Shown: positions 1 through 10,300 of the stretch, piece by piece | Layout of the letters: every line of letters starts with the position of its first letter | Position numbering within the stretch: position 1 is the stretch's first letter | Assembly: GCA_038207085.1 (NCBI GenBank) | Contig: JBBRAE010000010.1 | Span: 1 to 64,000, forward strand | DNA: 64,000 nucleotides | Source of the DNA: Armatimonadota bacterium | Lineage (GTDB): Bacteria > Armatimonadota > UBA5829 > DTLH01 | Reading direction: 5' to 3' | Made by a program: the position numbers and the translations under genes | The notes under the pieces: model-generated | Seen by the model: only the letters and a program-made list of their open reading frames with translations | Told to the model about the DNA's origin: nothing | Database searches by the model: none

Positions 1-530
1 CCGCGCTCACCGGTGACAATAGCGGTCACACCCTTGTCTTTGAGGAAACGAAATAAGCGCCGAAGCTCCGCGCGAAGAATAGCCGTGTTCGACAGCCCCG
101 AGAAGAGCACCTCTGTCGTATCGATCACCACGCGCTTTGCGCCGATGGTGTCTATCGCATCACCGAGGCGGATGAACAGAGCTTCAAGATCATAGTCTCC
201 GGTCTCCTCGATCTCAGATCGCTCGATGTAGACGTAATCGATAACGAGCTTATTATCTTCTTCAAGCTTCTTCAGGTCGTAGCCACGCGAAGCAAAGTTC
301 GCCGCCAGATCGCTCGAAGTCTCCTCGAATGCGATAAATACGCCCGGCTCGTCGAACTCCGTCGCTCCCCGGACCAGAAACTCCATCGCGATCATGGTCT
401 TTCCCGACCCGGCCCCGCCAGTGATTAGGGTAGGCCTGCCTTTTGGAAGACCACCAAAAGTTATTTCGTCAAGACCCTGTATTCCAGTCGGGGTTTTCTT
501 CAGCCCGATCTCATGTGCTGCCTGTGTCAA
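1..530 (-). CDS. kaiC: KaiC-family circadian clock ATPase, N-terminal part; runs off the left window edge
   Basis: Not in the ORF track. Manual translation from TTG at 530 gives MTQAAHEIGLKKTPTGIQGLDEITFGGLPKGRPTLITGGAGSGKT (Walker A), then GATEFDEPGVFIAFEE, IEETGDYDLEALFIRL, GAKRVVID and LRAELRRLF, all KaiC CI-domain motifs. Confidence 0.92.
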   Translation of the reverse strand, partial: MTQAAHEIGLKKTPTGIQGLDEITFGGLPKGRPTLITGGAGSGKTMIAMEFLVRGATEFDEPGVFIAFEETSSDLAANFASRGYDLKKLEEDNKLVIDYVYIERSEIEETGDYDLEALFIRLGDAIDTIGAKRVVIDTTEVLFSGLSNTAILRAELRRLFRFLKDKGVTAIVTGER

Positions 531-1111
531 TTCTTATCGTCCCCAATCTTGCTTAGTTCATAACGTCTGGCCGCAAAGCTCCGGCAGTGTCTAATAGTTT
601 GTGTTCTCCCCATTCCCTCGCTCGACCACCGCCTGGTCGTTAGCAGGCCTGTGAGTGGAATGTGTATGGTGCATGGAGAGAGGATCGGCTGCGCGATTAG
701 TAGAAGTGACGTGTCGACTGCCGCCCGCGATGATTGCACTGTCTGGAATCCGGCACGGAGACTTGTGAACCATTCGGGTCTCTTCGGTTGTGCTGATAAT
801 GCCTTGCTGTTGCATTCTGTTGCTTGCCAATATTGTGACAAAGAAAAACCCCATTGTTCCACTTTGTGTCCTCCCGGCGAAAATTGTGAACTCGGGGGGG
901 GCAAAAGCTATATTACACTCTCTAGCAATATGGTAGCATGTTGATGCTGATACGGTCAAGCACAACAATATTCGGCACAACCGGATTCGGATTCGCACGA
1001 TTGTACGTTCTTGGAGGAACTGCTTCTCCAGTTGCTGCCGAAAAGCACTGACGTCTCGGCTTAAGACGCGGTGCAGCCAGACTCTGTCGAGGCAGTCTGT
1101 GCGCGTTATGC

Positions 1112-1194
1112 TCTAACCCGCATTATTCACGCTACTCGTGAATAATGCTCTGTTAGCGAAAGCTTTATTCGCTTCACGAATAAAGCGGGCTAAG
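1112..1194. repeat. 83-bp double-hairpin palindromic repeat (MITE/REP-like), copy 1
   Basis: Near-identical to 61129-61211 and 61270-61347. Hairpins are GCATTATTCACG-CTACT-CGTGAATAATGC and GCTTTATTCG-CTTCA-CGAATAAAGC, with imperfect terminal inverted repeats. Confidence 0.93.
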
Positions 1195-1317
1195 GACGTA
1201 TCTGGTCAGCTTAACAAAGTAATCCGAGCCTTGCTGAAAGATGGAGTCATCGATCTCACTATTCCCGACAAACCGCAGAGCCGCCTGCAGCGATATCAGA
1301 TTCGTTCAGACAGTTGA
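1192..1317 (+). pseudogene. Remnant of a Fic-like/RecG-like C-terminal winged-helix domain
   Basis: The frame reads KDVSGQLNKVIRALLKDGVIDLTIPDKPQSRLQRYQIRSDS*. TIPDKPxSRLQxY is the typical Fic-like C-terminal motif. There is no start codon or N-terminal part. Confidence 0.7.
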
Positions 1318-1413
1318 GACTGGGATCGCCGATGGGCTTGGACTTTGGACTTTATGAGATGCCGTATTTGGGAGACTGCCCGAAGGCCTGAGCGGCTGAA
1401 ACGAGGTGCAGAT

Positions 1414-2241
1414 ATGGAAGATACTTACGAACTTGGTGAGGGTTGCTCGTGCTCTATAGCTCCTGAGTGGGGCTGCAACCTGTTTTCGTGGATGGCAGGG
1501 GGCGTGGAGATGATGTATTGCCCGAAAGACCTGCCTCGCACCGCAGAGAAGATAACCGGTGGGGGCAATCCAATACTCTTCCCCTCGGTCGGACGGACGT
1601 GGGACCATTCGTCCGGGAAACCTGTTCCAGGCATATATCGGATTTTCGGGCACGACAAACCCTACTTTATGCCGTCCCACGGGGTGCTCTTTATGAGCAA
1701 GTTTCATAAGGCAGACGAGCAAATCGCCTCTGATAGCGTAACTGCAGTCTACGAAACTCGAATCTCTGAAAAGATTCGAGAGAAAAACTATCCGTTTGAC
1801 CTGGGCTTTACCCAGCAGTTCATTCTCAGAACCAACAGCGTGGAACTCCAATCGACTATAATTAACCACGACAGCATCCCTGCTCCGTGCGCATTTGGCT
1901 ATCATCCGTATTTTGCCGTCTCAAACTCGGAACGCGAGGGAGTTGCCGTACGCATGCCTGTCGCAAGACGTCTCTTGACCACGCCCGATACCATACTGCT
2001 CACCGGTGAGAGCGAGCCAACCAATGGCGTCTTCGACCTGCGGCCCAACGTCTATTATGATCAGCCTTACGGCGAGCCAACTGGCACGCGAATGTCGCTT
2101 GCAGACCGCAATGCCGGGCATACGGTATATGTGGATTTCGACGAAAAATGCGAGCTCTTCTTTCTCTATTCGCCGGACGGCTCGGAAGACCATCTCCAGT
2201 TGCGAATCTCGGGCATATCCTCGCCATACTCCGATATGTAA
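1414..2241 (+). pseudogene. Aldose 1-epimerase (galactose mutarotase-like) protein, apparently 3'-truncated
   Basis: Motifs GGNPILFPSVGR, MPSHG, YPF and FGYHPYF are present. The C-terminal F-x-C-x-E-P motif is absent, and the tail is antisense xfp sequence. ATG 1414 follows GAGGTG. Confidence 0.75.
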
Positions 2242-4562
2242 TACTTGTGCTCGATCAGCTTGTCCCTTACCGCCTGCTTCACGTAGGCCGCCATGTATCC
2301 GAGCTTGGGCACGCGGTCTATGACGTCGTTTACAAGGTGGAATCGATCCATGTCGTTCATCACGAGCATGTCAAACGGTGTCGTCGTTGTGCCTTCTTCC
2401 TTGTAACCCCTGACGTGCAGGTTCTTGTGGTTGGTCCGCCTGTAGGCCAGACGATGGATCAACCAGGGATACCCATGATAGGCGAAGATGATCGGTTTGT
2501 CGGTGGTAAAGAGGTTGTCGAAGTCCTTGTCCGAGAGCCCGTGGGGGTGCTCTTCCTTTGGCTGGAGGGTCATCAGGTCGACCACGTTTACCACGCGCAC
2601 TTTGAGGTCGGGAAGGAACTCCCGGAGCAGGTCAACCGCCGCAAGCGTCTCCATAGTCGGTATGTCACCCGCGCATGCCATAACGACATCTGGCTCGATT
2701 CCACGATCGTTTGAGGCCCACTCCCATATTCCGATCCCCGACGCGACATGCTTGATGGCGGCGTCCATGTCAAGCCACTGCGGGGCCGGATGCTTGCCTG
2801 CGACTATCACGTTGATCAAGTTGCGGCTTCTAAGACACGTGTCGGTGACGCAGAGCAATGTGTTTGCGTCGGGTGGGAGGTAGACCCGCACGATATCTGC
2901 CTTCTTGTTCACCACATGGTCTATAAAGCCCGGATCCTGGTGTGAGAACCCGTTGTGGTCCTGACGCCAGACGTGGGAGGCCAGGAAGTAGTTGAACGAA
3001 GCGATAGGCCGCCGCCAGGAAATATGGCTGGCCACTTTCAGCCACTTGGCATGCTGGTTGAACATCGAGTCGACGATGTGTATGAACGCTTCGTAGCAGT
3101 TGAAGACGCCATGCCTGCCGGTCAGGAGGTAGCCTTCCAGCCACCCCTGGCAGGTATGTTCGCTCAGTATCTCCATCACCCGCCCGTCCGGGGAGAGATG
3201 GTCGTCATAGGGATAGATATCGGCCATCCATGTGCGACCTGTTACATCAAAGAGGTCTCCCAGTCTGTTGGAGGCCGTCTCGTCCGGGCCCATCACCCTG
3301 AAGTTCGACATATTGGACTTCATCACGTCCCGCAGGAACTTGCCCGTAACTCTTGCCGACTCAGCGTCCACTGCGCCGGGGCTCGAAACCTCTATGGCGT
3401 ACTCCCTGAACTCCGGCACCCTCAGGTCTTTTAGCAGTATCCCGCCGTTTGCGTGCGGATTGGCGCCCATACGCCTGTTGCCTCTCGGGGCCAGATCGGC
3501 GAACTCGGGGAAGAGTCTGCCGTTCTTGTCGAAAAGTTCCTCGGGCTTGTAGCTCTTCATCCAGTCTTCGAGCAACTTTACGTGCCCTGGCTTCTCGGCC
3601 ATATCGGCCATTGGCACCTGGTGACTCCTCCAGAAGTCCTCGGTCTTCTTGCCGTCGACCTCCCCCGGCCCGGTCCACCCCTTGGGAGTCCGCAGGATGA
3701 TCATAGGCCAGGTCGGGCGTTCTGCTTCGCCCGAAAGGCGCGCCTCGTGCTGGATCGTCTTGATCTCGGAGATGACCTCCTCAAGAGTCTGCGCCATCGC
3801 CTGGTGCATCGTCGCGGGGTCGGAGCCTTCGACGAAACAGGGCATGTAGCCGTAACCGACGAACAGAGCCTCAAGCTCCTCATGGCTCATCCTCGCAAGG
3901 ATAGTCGGATTGTTGATCTTGTAGCCGTTCAGATGCAGGATGGGAAGCACCGCACCGTCGATGATGGGGTTTAAGAACTTGTTGGAGTGCCAGGCGGCCG
4001 CAAGTGGGCCGGTCTCAGCTTCTCCGTCGCCGACCACGCATGTGACGATGAGGTCGGGGTTGTCGAGCGCCGCTCCAAAAGCGTGAGACAGGGAGTAGCC
4101 TAGCTCACCTCCCTCATGGATCGACCCCGGAGTCTCAGGCGCAACGTGGCTTGGAATCCCCCCGGGGAACGAGAACTGCTTGAAGAGCTTCTTCATCCCA
4201 TCGGTGTCTTGGGTGATGTTGGGATAGACCTCGCTGTATGTTCCCTCCAGGTAAACATTTGCGACGATCCCCGGCCCCCCGTGCCCCGGCCCGCAGACGT
4301 AGATCATATCGAGGTCACGTTCCTTGATCATACGGTTCATGTGCACATATATGAAGTTCAGCCCCGGAGTGGTCCCCCAGTGCCCGAGGAGTCGTGGCTT
4401 GATGTCTGTTATAGAGAGGGGGGTCTTTAGCAGTGGATTGTCCAGCAGGTATATCTGCCCGACCGACAGGTAGTTAGATGCTCGCCAGTAGGCGTCCATC
4501 CTGCGCAGTTCGTCCTGTGAAAGCGGACCGGCCTGGGCCGTCCGCTCAGTCTTTGTCTTCAT
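2166..4562 (-). CDS. xfp: Xylulose-5-phosphate/fructose-6-phosphate phosphoketolase
   Basis: Motifs [28 protein letters not shown] (TPP binding), [12 protein letters not shown] and [17 protein letters not shown] 4562 follows GGAGGG. Confidence 0.97.
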   Translation of the reverse strand: MKTKTERTAQAGPLSQDELRRMDAYWRASNYLSVGQIYLLDNPLLKTPLSITDIKPRLLGHWGTTPGLNFIYVHMNRMIKERDLDMIYVCGPGHGGPGIVANVYLEGTYSEVYPNITQDTDGMKKLFKQFSFPGGIPSHVAPETPGSIHEGGELGYSLSHAFGAALDNPDLIVTCVVGDGEAETGPLAAAWHSNKFLNPIIDGAVLPILHLNGYKINNPTILARMSHEELEALFVGYGYMPCFVEGSDPATMHQAMAQTLEEVISEIKTIQHEARLSGEAERPTWPMIILRTPKGWTGPGEVDGKKTEDFWRSHQVPMADMAEKPGHVKLLEDWMKSYKPEELFDKNGRLFPEFADLAPRGNRRMGANPHANGGILLKDLRVPEFREYAIEVSSPGAVDAESARVTGKFLRDVMKSNMSNFRVMGPDETASNRLGDLFDVTGRTWMADIYPYDDHLSPDGRVMEILSEHTCQGWLEGYLLTGRHGVFNCYEAFIHIVDSMFNQHAKWLKVASHISWRRPIASFNYFLASHVWRQDHNGFSHQDPGFIDHVVNKKADIVRVYLPPDANTLLCVTDTCLRSRNLINVIVAGKHPAPQWLDMDAAIKHVASGIGIWEWASNDRGIEPDVVMACAGDIPTMETLAAVDLLREFLPDLKVRVVNVVDLMTLQPKEEHPHGLSDKDFDNLFTTDKPIIFAYHGYPWLIHRLAYRRTNHKNLHVRGYKEEGTTTTPFDMLVMNDMDRFHLVNDVIDRVPKLGYMAAYVKQAVRDKLIEHKYYISEYGEDMPEIRNWRWSSEPSGE

Positions 4563-5018
4563 ACGTTTCCCTCCGTGGGCTCTAAACTCAATTGATAGTG
4601 GAAACAGTGATTGTCCGTCCACGGTGTCTTCTGGCAGCGTCATCACCCGTGCTATTCGCCTGCGGGAAAGAACCTGACAATTGTGCGGCTGGGATCGGAC
4701 TCTATACGCGGCGGCAAGCGTTTAACTTGAACATGGGTTGGCATAGTATCAGTATGACCCTTTCGAGTTCCTAGTTACCCGGCTGGCGATACGCTCTAAT
4801 CTCGGATTTGAGCGGCTCCTGAGTTGGGAGCCTATCGTGGGTGTCAGCACCCGATCATGCTGACATGAGCTATTTCATATTGTATTTCTGTATTGTGCAT
4901 TAGCGATAATGCCACGGGGTCATTGGTTTCTAAAATGGAGGTGATGGTAATACCGTTAGTAGCGCGTAGCGCAGGCCTTTTTCGTATCGACTACGGTATT
5001 AGGAATGAAAGGGACAAT

Positions 5019-6098
5019 ATGAATGATTTCAACGGGCTTGGAATGAACCTGGGGATGCTTTCGAGGTTGTCGAAAGCGAGGACGAGGTCGATATCGGCGG
5101 AGAACCCGACGGGCGAGAAGGGGAAAGGTGGTATGGCTGAGGCCGACCCCAATGGCGCCGCGCGGGAGCTCGGGAGAGGCTGGAAATGCAGGCCGTGCGC
5201 GCCGATTGCGCCGTTGGAGGTGCTCACCATCGCCGAGATCGACGGACCAGGCGCCATCCAGAGCTTGTGGTTCACGGGAACAAATAGCAGGGACTTCATA
5301 ATCCGAATCTACTGGGACGGACAGGAATGGCCATCGGTCGAGGCGCCGGTGCCGGATTTCTTTGCTTCTCCGTGGTTGCAGCTGGAGTATGCTCCAGTGA
5401 ACTCGCTGCCGGTGGCTGTGAACCCCGTCCGTGGCCTCAATTGCTTCTGGGAGATGCCGTTCAGGAAGCATTGCCGCATCACGCTCGAGAACCGGAACCC
5501 GGTGAAAGCCGGGGGGTGCTTCCATCAGGTCAACTACACGCTGACGGACGTTCCCGATGACGTTGCCTACTTCCATGCTCAGTTCAGGCGGGTAAACCCG
5601 CTGCCGTACGCGCAGGATTACACCATTTTAGACGCAGTGAAAGGTCGGGGACACTACGTCGGGACATCGATGGGGTATGGGATCAACAACAACGGATGGT
5701 GGGGGGAAGGCGAGATCAAGTTTTTCATGGACGGCGACGAGGAGTTTCCTACGATCTGCGGCACCGGCACGGAGGACTACTTCGGCGGGGCCTGGGACTG
5801 GGAGATTAACAACGAGTATCTTACCTACTCCACGCCGTTTCTGGGGATGCACCAGGTGATCCGACCAAACGGGACCTACCAGTCGCAGCACCGGCACGCG
5901 ATGTACCGCTGGCACGTGATGGACCCAATCAGGTTCGAGTCAGACTTGCGGGTGACTATGCAGTCGCTAGGCTGGCGGAGCGAAGACCGATTCTACCCCG
6001 GTCAGCACGACATCTGCAGCGTGGCGTATTGGTATCAGACCCTTCCAAGCGCGAAGTTTCCGGAGCTGGGGGGAAGGGATGAGCTGGAGATAGTGTAG
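5019..6098 (+). CDS. DUF2961 / glycoside hydrolase family 172 protein
   Basis: Motifs RSISAENPTGEKGKGG, GPGAIQSLW, WWGEGEIKFFMDGD, TGTEDYF, YRWHVMDPIRF and SVAYWYQ. Confidence 0.9.
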   Translation: MNDFNGLGMNLGMLSRLSKARTRSISAENPTGEKGKGGMAEADPNGAARELGRGWKCRPCAPIAPLEVLTIAEIDGPGAIQSLWFTGTNSRDFIIRIYWDGQEWPSVEAPVPDFFASPWLQLEYAPVNSLPVAVNPVRGLNCFWEMPFRKHCRITLENRNPVKAGGCFHQVNYTLTDVPDDVAYFHAQFRRVNPLPYAQDYTILDAVKGRGHYVGTSMGYGINNNGWWGEGEIKFFMDGDEEFPTICGTGTEDYFGGAWDWEINNEYLTYSTPFLGMHQVIRPNGTYQSQHRHAMYRWHVMDPIRFESDLRVTMQSLGWRSEDRFYPGQHDICSVAYWYQTLPSAKFPELGGRDELEIV

Positions 6099-6426
6099 CG
6101 AGACTGAAGACCACAGGTATAATGTGAAGGGATAGTCTCCCTCACAGGCTATCCCAAAACTACCTCATGAACATCCCCTCGACCATATTTCACCCCAAAC
6201 ATATCATCTGAGTACATGTTTATAAGCTGAACCATTGGGGTAATCACAAGACAGCCAGGCGTTCTGACCGGCGCAATCCGCCAAGCCAACCGGTCTGTCC
6301 AGGGGGAACCGAGCAACTACCGTCGCTCGGAATTGGGCAACGGACCCGAGGCGGGAGTGCAGGATGTACTCTGTGAGCGCCACGCCCAAGCGCCACAGCA
6401 CAATACCGAGAAAGGGGTAAGAGTCT

Positions 6427-7167
6427 ATGCTGCGAGGACGAGGCGCTTTTACCCTGGCGGAGCTACTGGTTGTGATCGCGATTCTGTCGATCCTGGCTGC
6501 GATGCTCTTTCCAGTCGTAATCACAGCGAAACAAACAGCACACAGATCGAGCTGCGCCAACAACTTCGGACAAATAGGCATGGCGCTGCTGATGTACGTG
6601 GGGGACAACAATGGCAGGTTTCCAGCGACTATGGCCGGTGTCTGCCCCACTGGGTTGTCGTTGTCGGATTTCGACGGCAACTACCCGGGAGTCGCCGGAC
6701 TGACCTACGCGCTCTACAGATACGCGAAAAGCCCGCAACTGTGGATGTGCGCAACCGGGCCGCGCCGAGAATGGGGGTCCAGGGTGCATACCACACCGCG
6801 AGACCTTCCAGTTTCCAGAAGTTGGTATCTGGTGAGCTGGGTGCATCTGCCAAATGGTAGGAAGATCTGCACCAACTATATGTCTTTCCCGTTCAACCGA
6901 CACGACGGGCTGAGCCACGAAGGGCAGGACCACTCCCCCGAGTGCGCACAGGGGCGAACTCCCGAGGAATACTACGAACTCTGCGGCAGAGTGTGGAGCA
7001 CAGGTCACGTTTGGGGCAGGTATAGAACTGGCAAGATGAACGGCAGAATCCTCCAGGACCCCTACAAAGACAGGGGCGACAATATATTTTGGAACCACAA
7101 GGGCGGCACAAACGTGCTCTACTATGACGGGCGAACTGCCTGGATCACTGACCCGAACATGCAATAG
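6427..7167 (+). CDS. Prepilin-type N-terminal cleavage/methylation protein (DUF1559-like) with H-X9-DG motif
   Basis: [25 protein letters not shown], then CANN, and C-terminal [12 protein letters not shown]. Confidence 0.92.
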   Translation: MLRGRGAFTLAELLVVIAILSILAAMLFPVVITAKQTAHRSSCANNFGQIGMALLMYVGDNNGRFPATMAGVCPTGLSLSDFDGNYPGVAGLTYALYRYAKSPQLWMCATGPRREWGSRVHTTPRDLPVSRSWYLVSWVHLPNGRKICTNYMSFPFNRHDGLSHEGQDHSPECAQGRTPEEYYELCGRVWSTGHVWGRYRTGKMNGRILQDPYKDRGDNIFWNHKGGTNVLYYDGRTAWITDPNMQ

Positions 7168-7221
7168 TTTAATATGTGCGTAACCGGCACTCGGCCGATT
7201 TTACGCAGCTCGCAAACACCA

Positions 7222-7261
7222 GAAAGACGGGTGGGTCAAGTGATTGACCCACCCGTCTTTC
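7222..7261. terminator. Hairpin terminator between convergent genes
   Basis: GAAAGACGGGTGGGTCAA-GTGA-TTGACCCACCCGTCTTTC, a perfect 18-bp stem. Confidence 0.8.
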
Positions 7262-7313
7262 GTTGTCAGATATGCAAGCTCTCTACTTGATCGCAGCCAT
7301 TATCCCGAGCTTC

Positions 7314-10300
7314 TTATTGTGAAATCACTACGTCACCCTGGGACCTTGGGCGGAGCAGGCGGCGGTGGTCTGGGGCTGCGGGCTCTATCGACGAGATTCC
7401 TGTTACCCGAACGTAACTACCGACTGAGGGCGGGGTCATAGTTGTGCCAGGGAAGAGGCCGGTCAGGGTTACTTTGACGCCGGGGAGGCCTGTTGGGTCG
7501 AGAGCGCCGGAGCCGTCGTCGACCTGGAAGTTCGTCGGCGCTGCGGCGGTCACCCTGCCCCAGATAGTGACAAGAAGCCCGATGTTGTTCAGCCCAGTTC
7601 CACCTTTGACCGAAGCGGCAAACGAGTTCTGAGAACTGCCGCCGAGCGAAGCATTTGACATGCCGATCGACGCGGGGACGGGCACGTTTTCAGCAGGCGC
7701 AAGGGTCGACAAGCGCAGGGCGCGCTCGCCGTTGTCGGTCGTCATGGCGCCTGCAAGCGAGACTCTGGTCCCTTCGGCGGGCGAGGACATCCCCTCAGTC
7801 AGCACCTTGAGGCCGCCGGAGCGGTCGGGCTCCTCGACGTAGAACGAACCGTCAAAACGCGCGGTGACGATTTTGCCGCTAATGGTCAACCCAGACTGGT
7901 CGGGAAGGTGCTTGGCAGCCGATATGTCCACAGAAGAACCTCCCGTGCTCACCTGGATGCCGTCACTCACGCCGACCGCGCTCCACATCCGCGCTGGGTT
8001 CATCGCTTTGACCGAAAAGTAGTAGGTAACACCAGCGCCAAGGGCAAGGTCGGTCCTCGTAACCGAAGTCTGCGTCCCAACCGAAGTCCACCCGACGACA
8101 TCGTCGGTGCCGGGCCATGTGCCTATTGCGTATTTGTATTCGGTGACCCCCGACTCGGGGTCGTTTGCGGTCCAGGCTCCCGTGAGAGCCGTCGTGCTTG
8201 TCGTGACGACCCCTTCGTCGACCACCGTTGGCCGGGTCGGGGCGGTGGTGTCGTCGATAGTCGTGTCTTTGAAGGTGAATACATAGCTGCTGTAGGAGCC
8301 AATCACTACGCGACCGTCGCGCCCGATCGCGGGTGACGAAAGAACGGCCCAGCCGGTGTTGTAGCTCCACCTGGTAGTGCCGTCGGGGTTAATGGCGTAG
8401 ATGTTGCCGTCGCCCGAACCGACGTAGATGATCCCCTCCGAACTGATCGCAGGAGATGAACGCACCTCACCGTGGGCGTCAAACGCCCATTTCATCGTGC
8501 CGTTGGGGTTGATGGCATAGAGCATGCCGTATGACCAGTCGTGTCCGCAGCCGACATAGACCGTGCCGTCTGCGGCGACCGCAGCCGACGAATCGACCGC
8601 CCACCCTCCCGTGTCAAACGTCCATTTGAGCGTGCCGTTGGGGTTAAGCGCGTAAAAATATCCGTCGCCTGAGCCCATGAAAACCGTGCCGTCGGGACCG
8701 ATCGCAGGCGACGAGTCGACCGCTGTGCCGGTCTCAAATCGCCATTTGATCGAGCCGTCGACGGAGTTCAGCGCATAGATATACCCGTCGCCGCCACCGA
8801 AGTAGAGGCTGCCGTCATCGGCAAGCGCGGGCGAAGACCAGACGGTCGCCCCAATCGAGCGCTTCCACTTAAGCGTGCCATCGGGGTGCAGCGCGTAGAT
8901 GTAACTGTCCTGCGAACCAAAATATACGGTGTCGTCGGAGCCGATTACCGGCGACGACCATATCATATCGGCGGTCTTGAACTTCCATCTGCACGTGCCA
9001 CCCGAGAGGCAGTAGAGATAGCCATCGTAGCTGCCGACGTAGATCGAGCCATCACGGGCGATTGCCGGGGACGAATCTATCGAGCCGCCAGTGGTGTATT
9101 TCCAGAGCAGACTTCCGGTCCTGCTGATCGCATAGATCGAGCCGTCGCCGGAGCCGATGTAGACCGTCCCGTCGCCGCTCAGGGCAGGAGACGACTCAAC
9201 CCAGCCTGCGGTCTGGAACTGCCAGAGCAGCGCGCCGACCCGGGATCCGAAGAACCGGCTGACCCCCTGGTTTTGAGCGCCGCCCCGGAACTTGGGCCAT
9301 GCAGCCGATATCGCGACGGTGATCCCGTCGCTTACGCCCACGCCCCCCCAGAGCCCTGCGCCGTTTTTCGCACGCACGGCGAAGAAATACGTCCCTCCGT
9401 CGGTCAGCGAGAGCCCTCCCCGGGTAATCTCCGCGACCGATCCGGCACTCGACCACGTAGCGATATCAGCTGCGCCCGCGGTAGTGCCGACGCAGTACTG
9501 ATACTCAACGATACCGCTTTGGGCGTCGAACGCAGCCCATGAGGCATGCAGGGTGTCGAGCGACAGAGTATAGTCGCCGTCGTCATTGACCGCGCTTACC
9601 GTAGGCCCGCTGGTGTCGACTGTGACTGGGGTCGAAACTCCGACCGCACTCCAGAGGAGCGCTCTGTTTCTGGCTTTGACGGCGAAATAGTAGGTTATCC
9701 CCTCGGAAAGCGCGAGCCCCGTCCTGGTCACTTCAGTGGCCGCGCCCGCACTCGTCCAGGCGACGGTTTCAGCGCCGCCCGGAGTCGTTCCGATGGCGTA
9801 TTGATACTCCTCGACGCCCGACTCAGGATCAGTCGCGCTCCATGAAGCGTGCAGGGATGAGAGGTTTGACGTGTATCTGGCGTCGACCGTGACAACCGGG
9901 GTGAGCGGAGGCGTGCCGTCGGTCGTAATCCCGTCGCTTGACCCGACCGAACTCCATCCACCGGCTGCGTTTTTCGCCTTGACGGAGAAGAAGTAGATCG
10001 CGCCGTGAGAAAGTGCAAGCCCATTTTTCGTGACCTCAGTCGCCGTGCCAACGCTCGTCCAAGCGACGACGTTGGATGCGCCGGGGGTCGAACCTATCGC
10101 ATACTGATACTCCGTAACGCCCGTGTGCGGGTCGCTTGCGCTCCATGTGGCGTGGAGTGAGTCAAGCACAAGCGCAAGCGCGCCGTCATCGATGACGACC
10201 GGAGTCGAGGGCGGGGTCGAATCGACGATGATGCCGTCGGTTGTCCCGACTGCGCCAAAGCGACCGACTCGGTTTCTGGCCCGGACCGAGATGTAGTAGG

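Noticed and set aside
527..998. ORFs 527-904, 591-998 and 651-944
   Set aside because: No recognisable motifs or RBS, and they overlap each other; probably the kaiC upstream region.
1111..1158. Integron attC site (TAAC...GTTA flanking a hairpin)
   Set aside because: It is shorter than typical attC sites, the stem is perfect with no extrahelical bases, and there is no cassette array or integrase.
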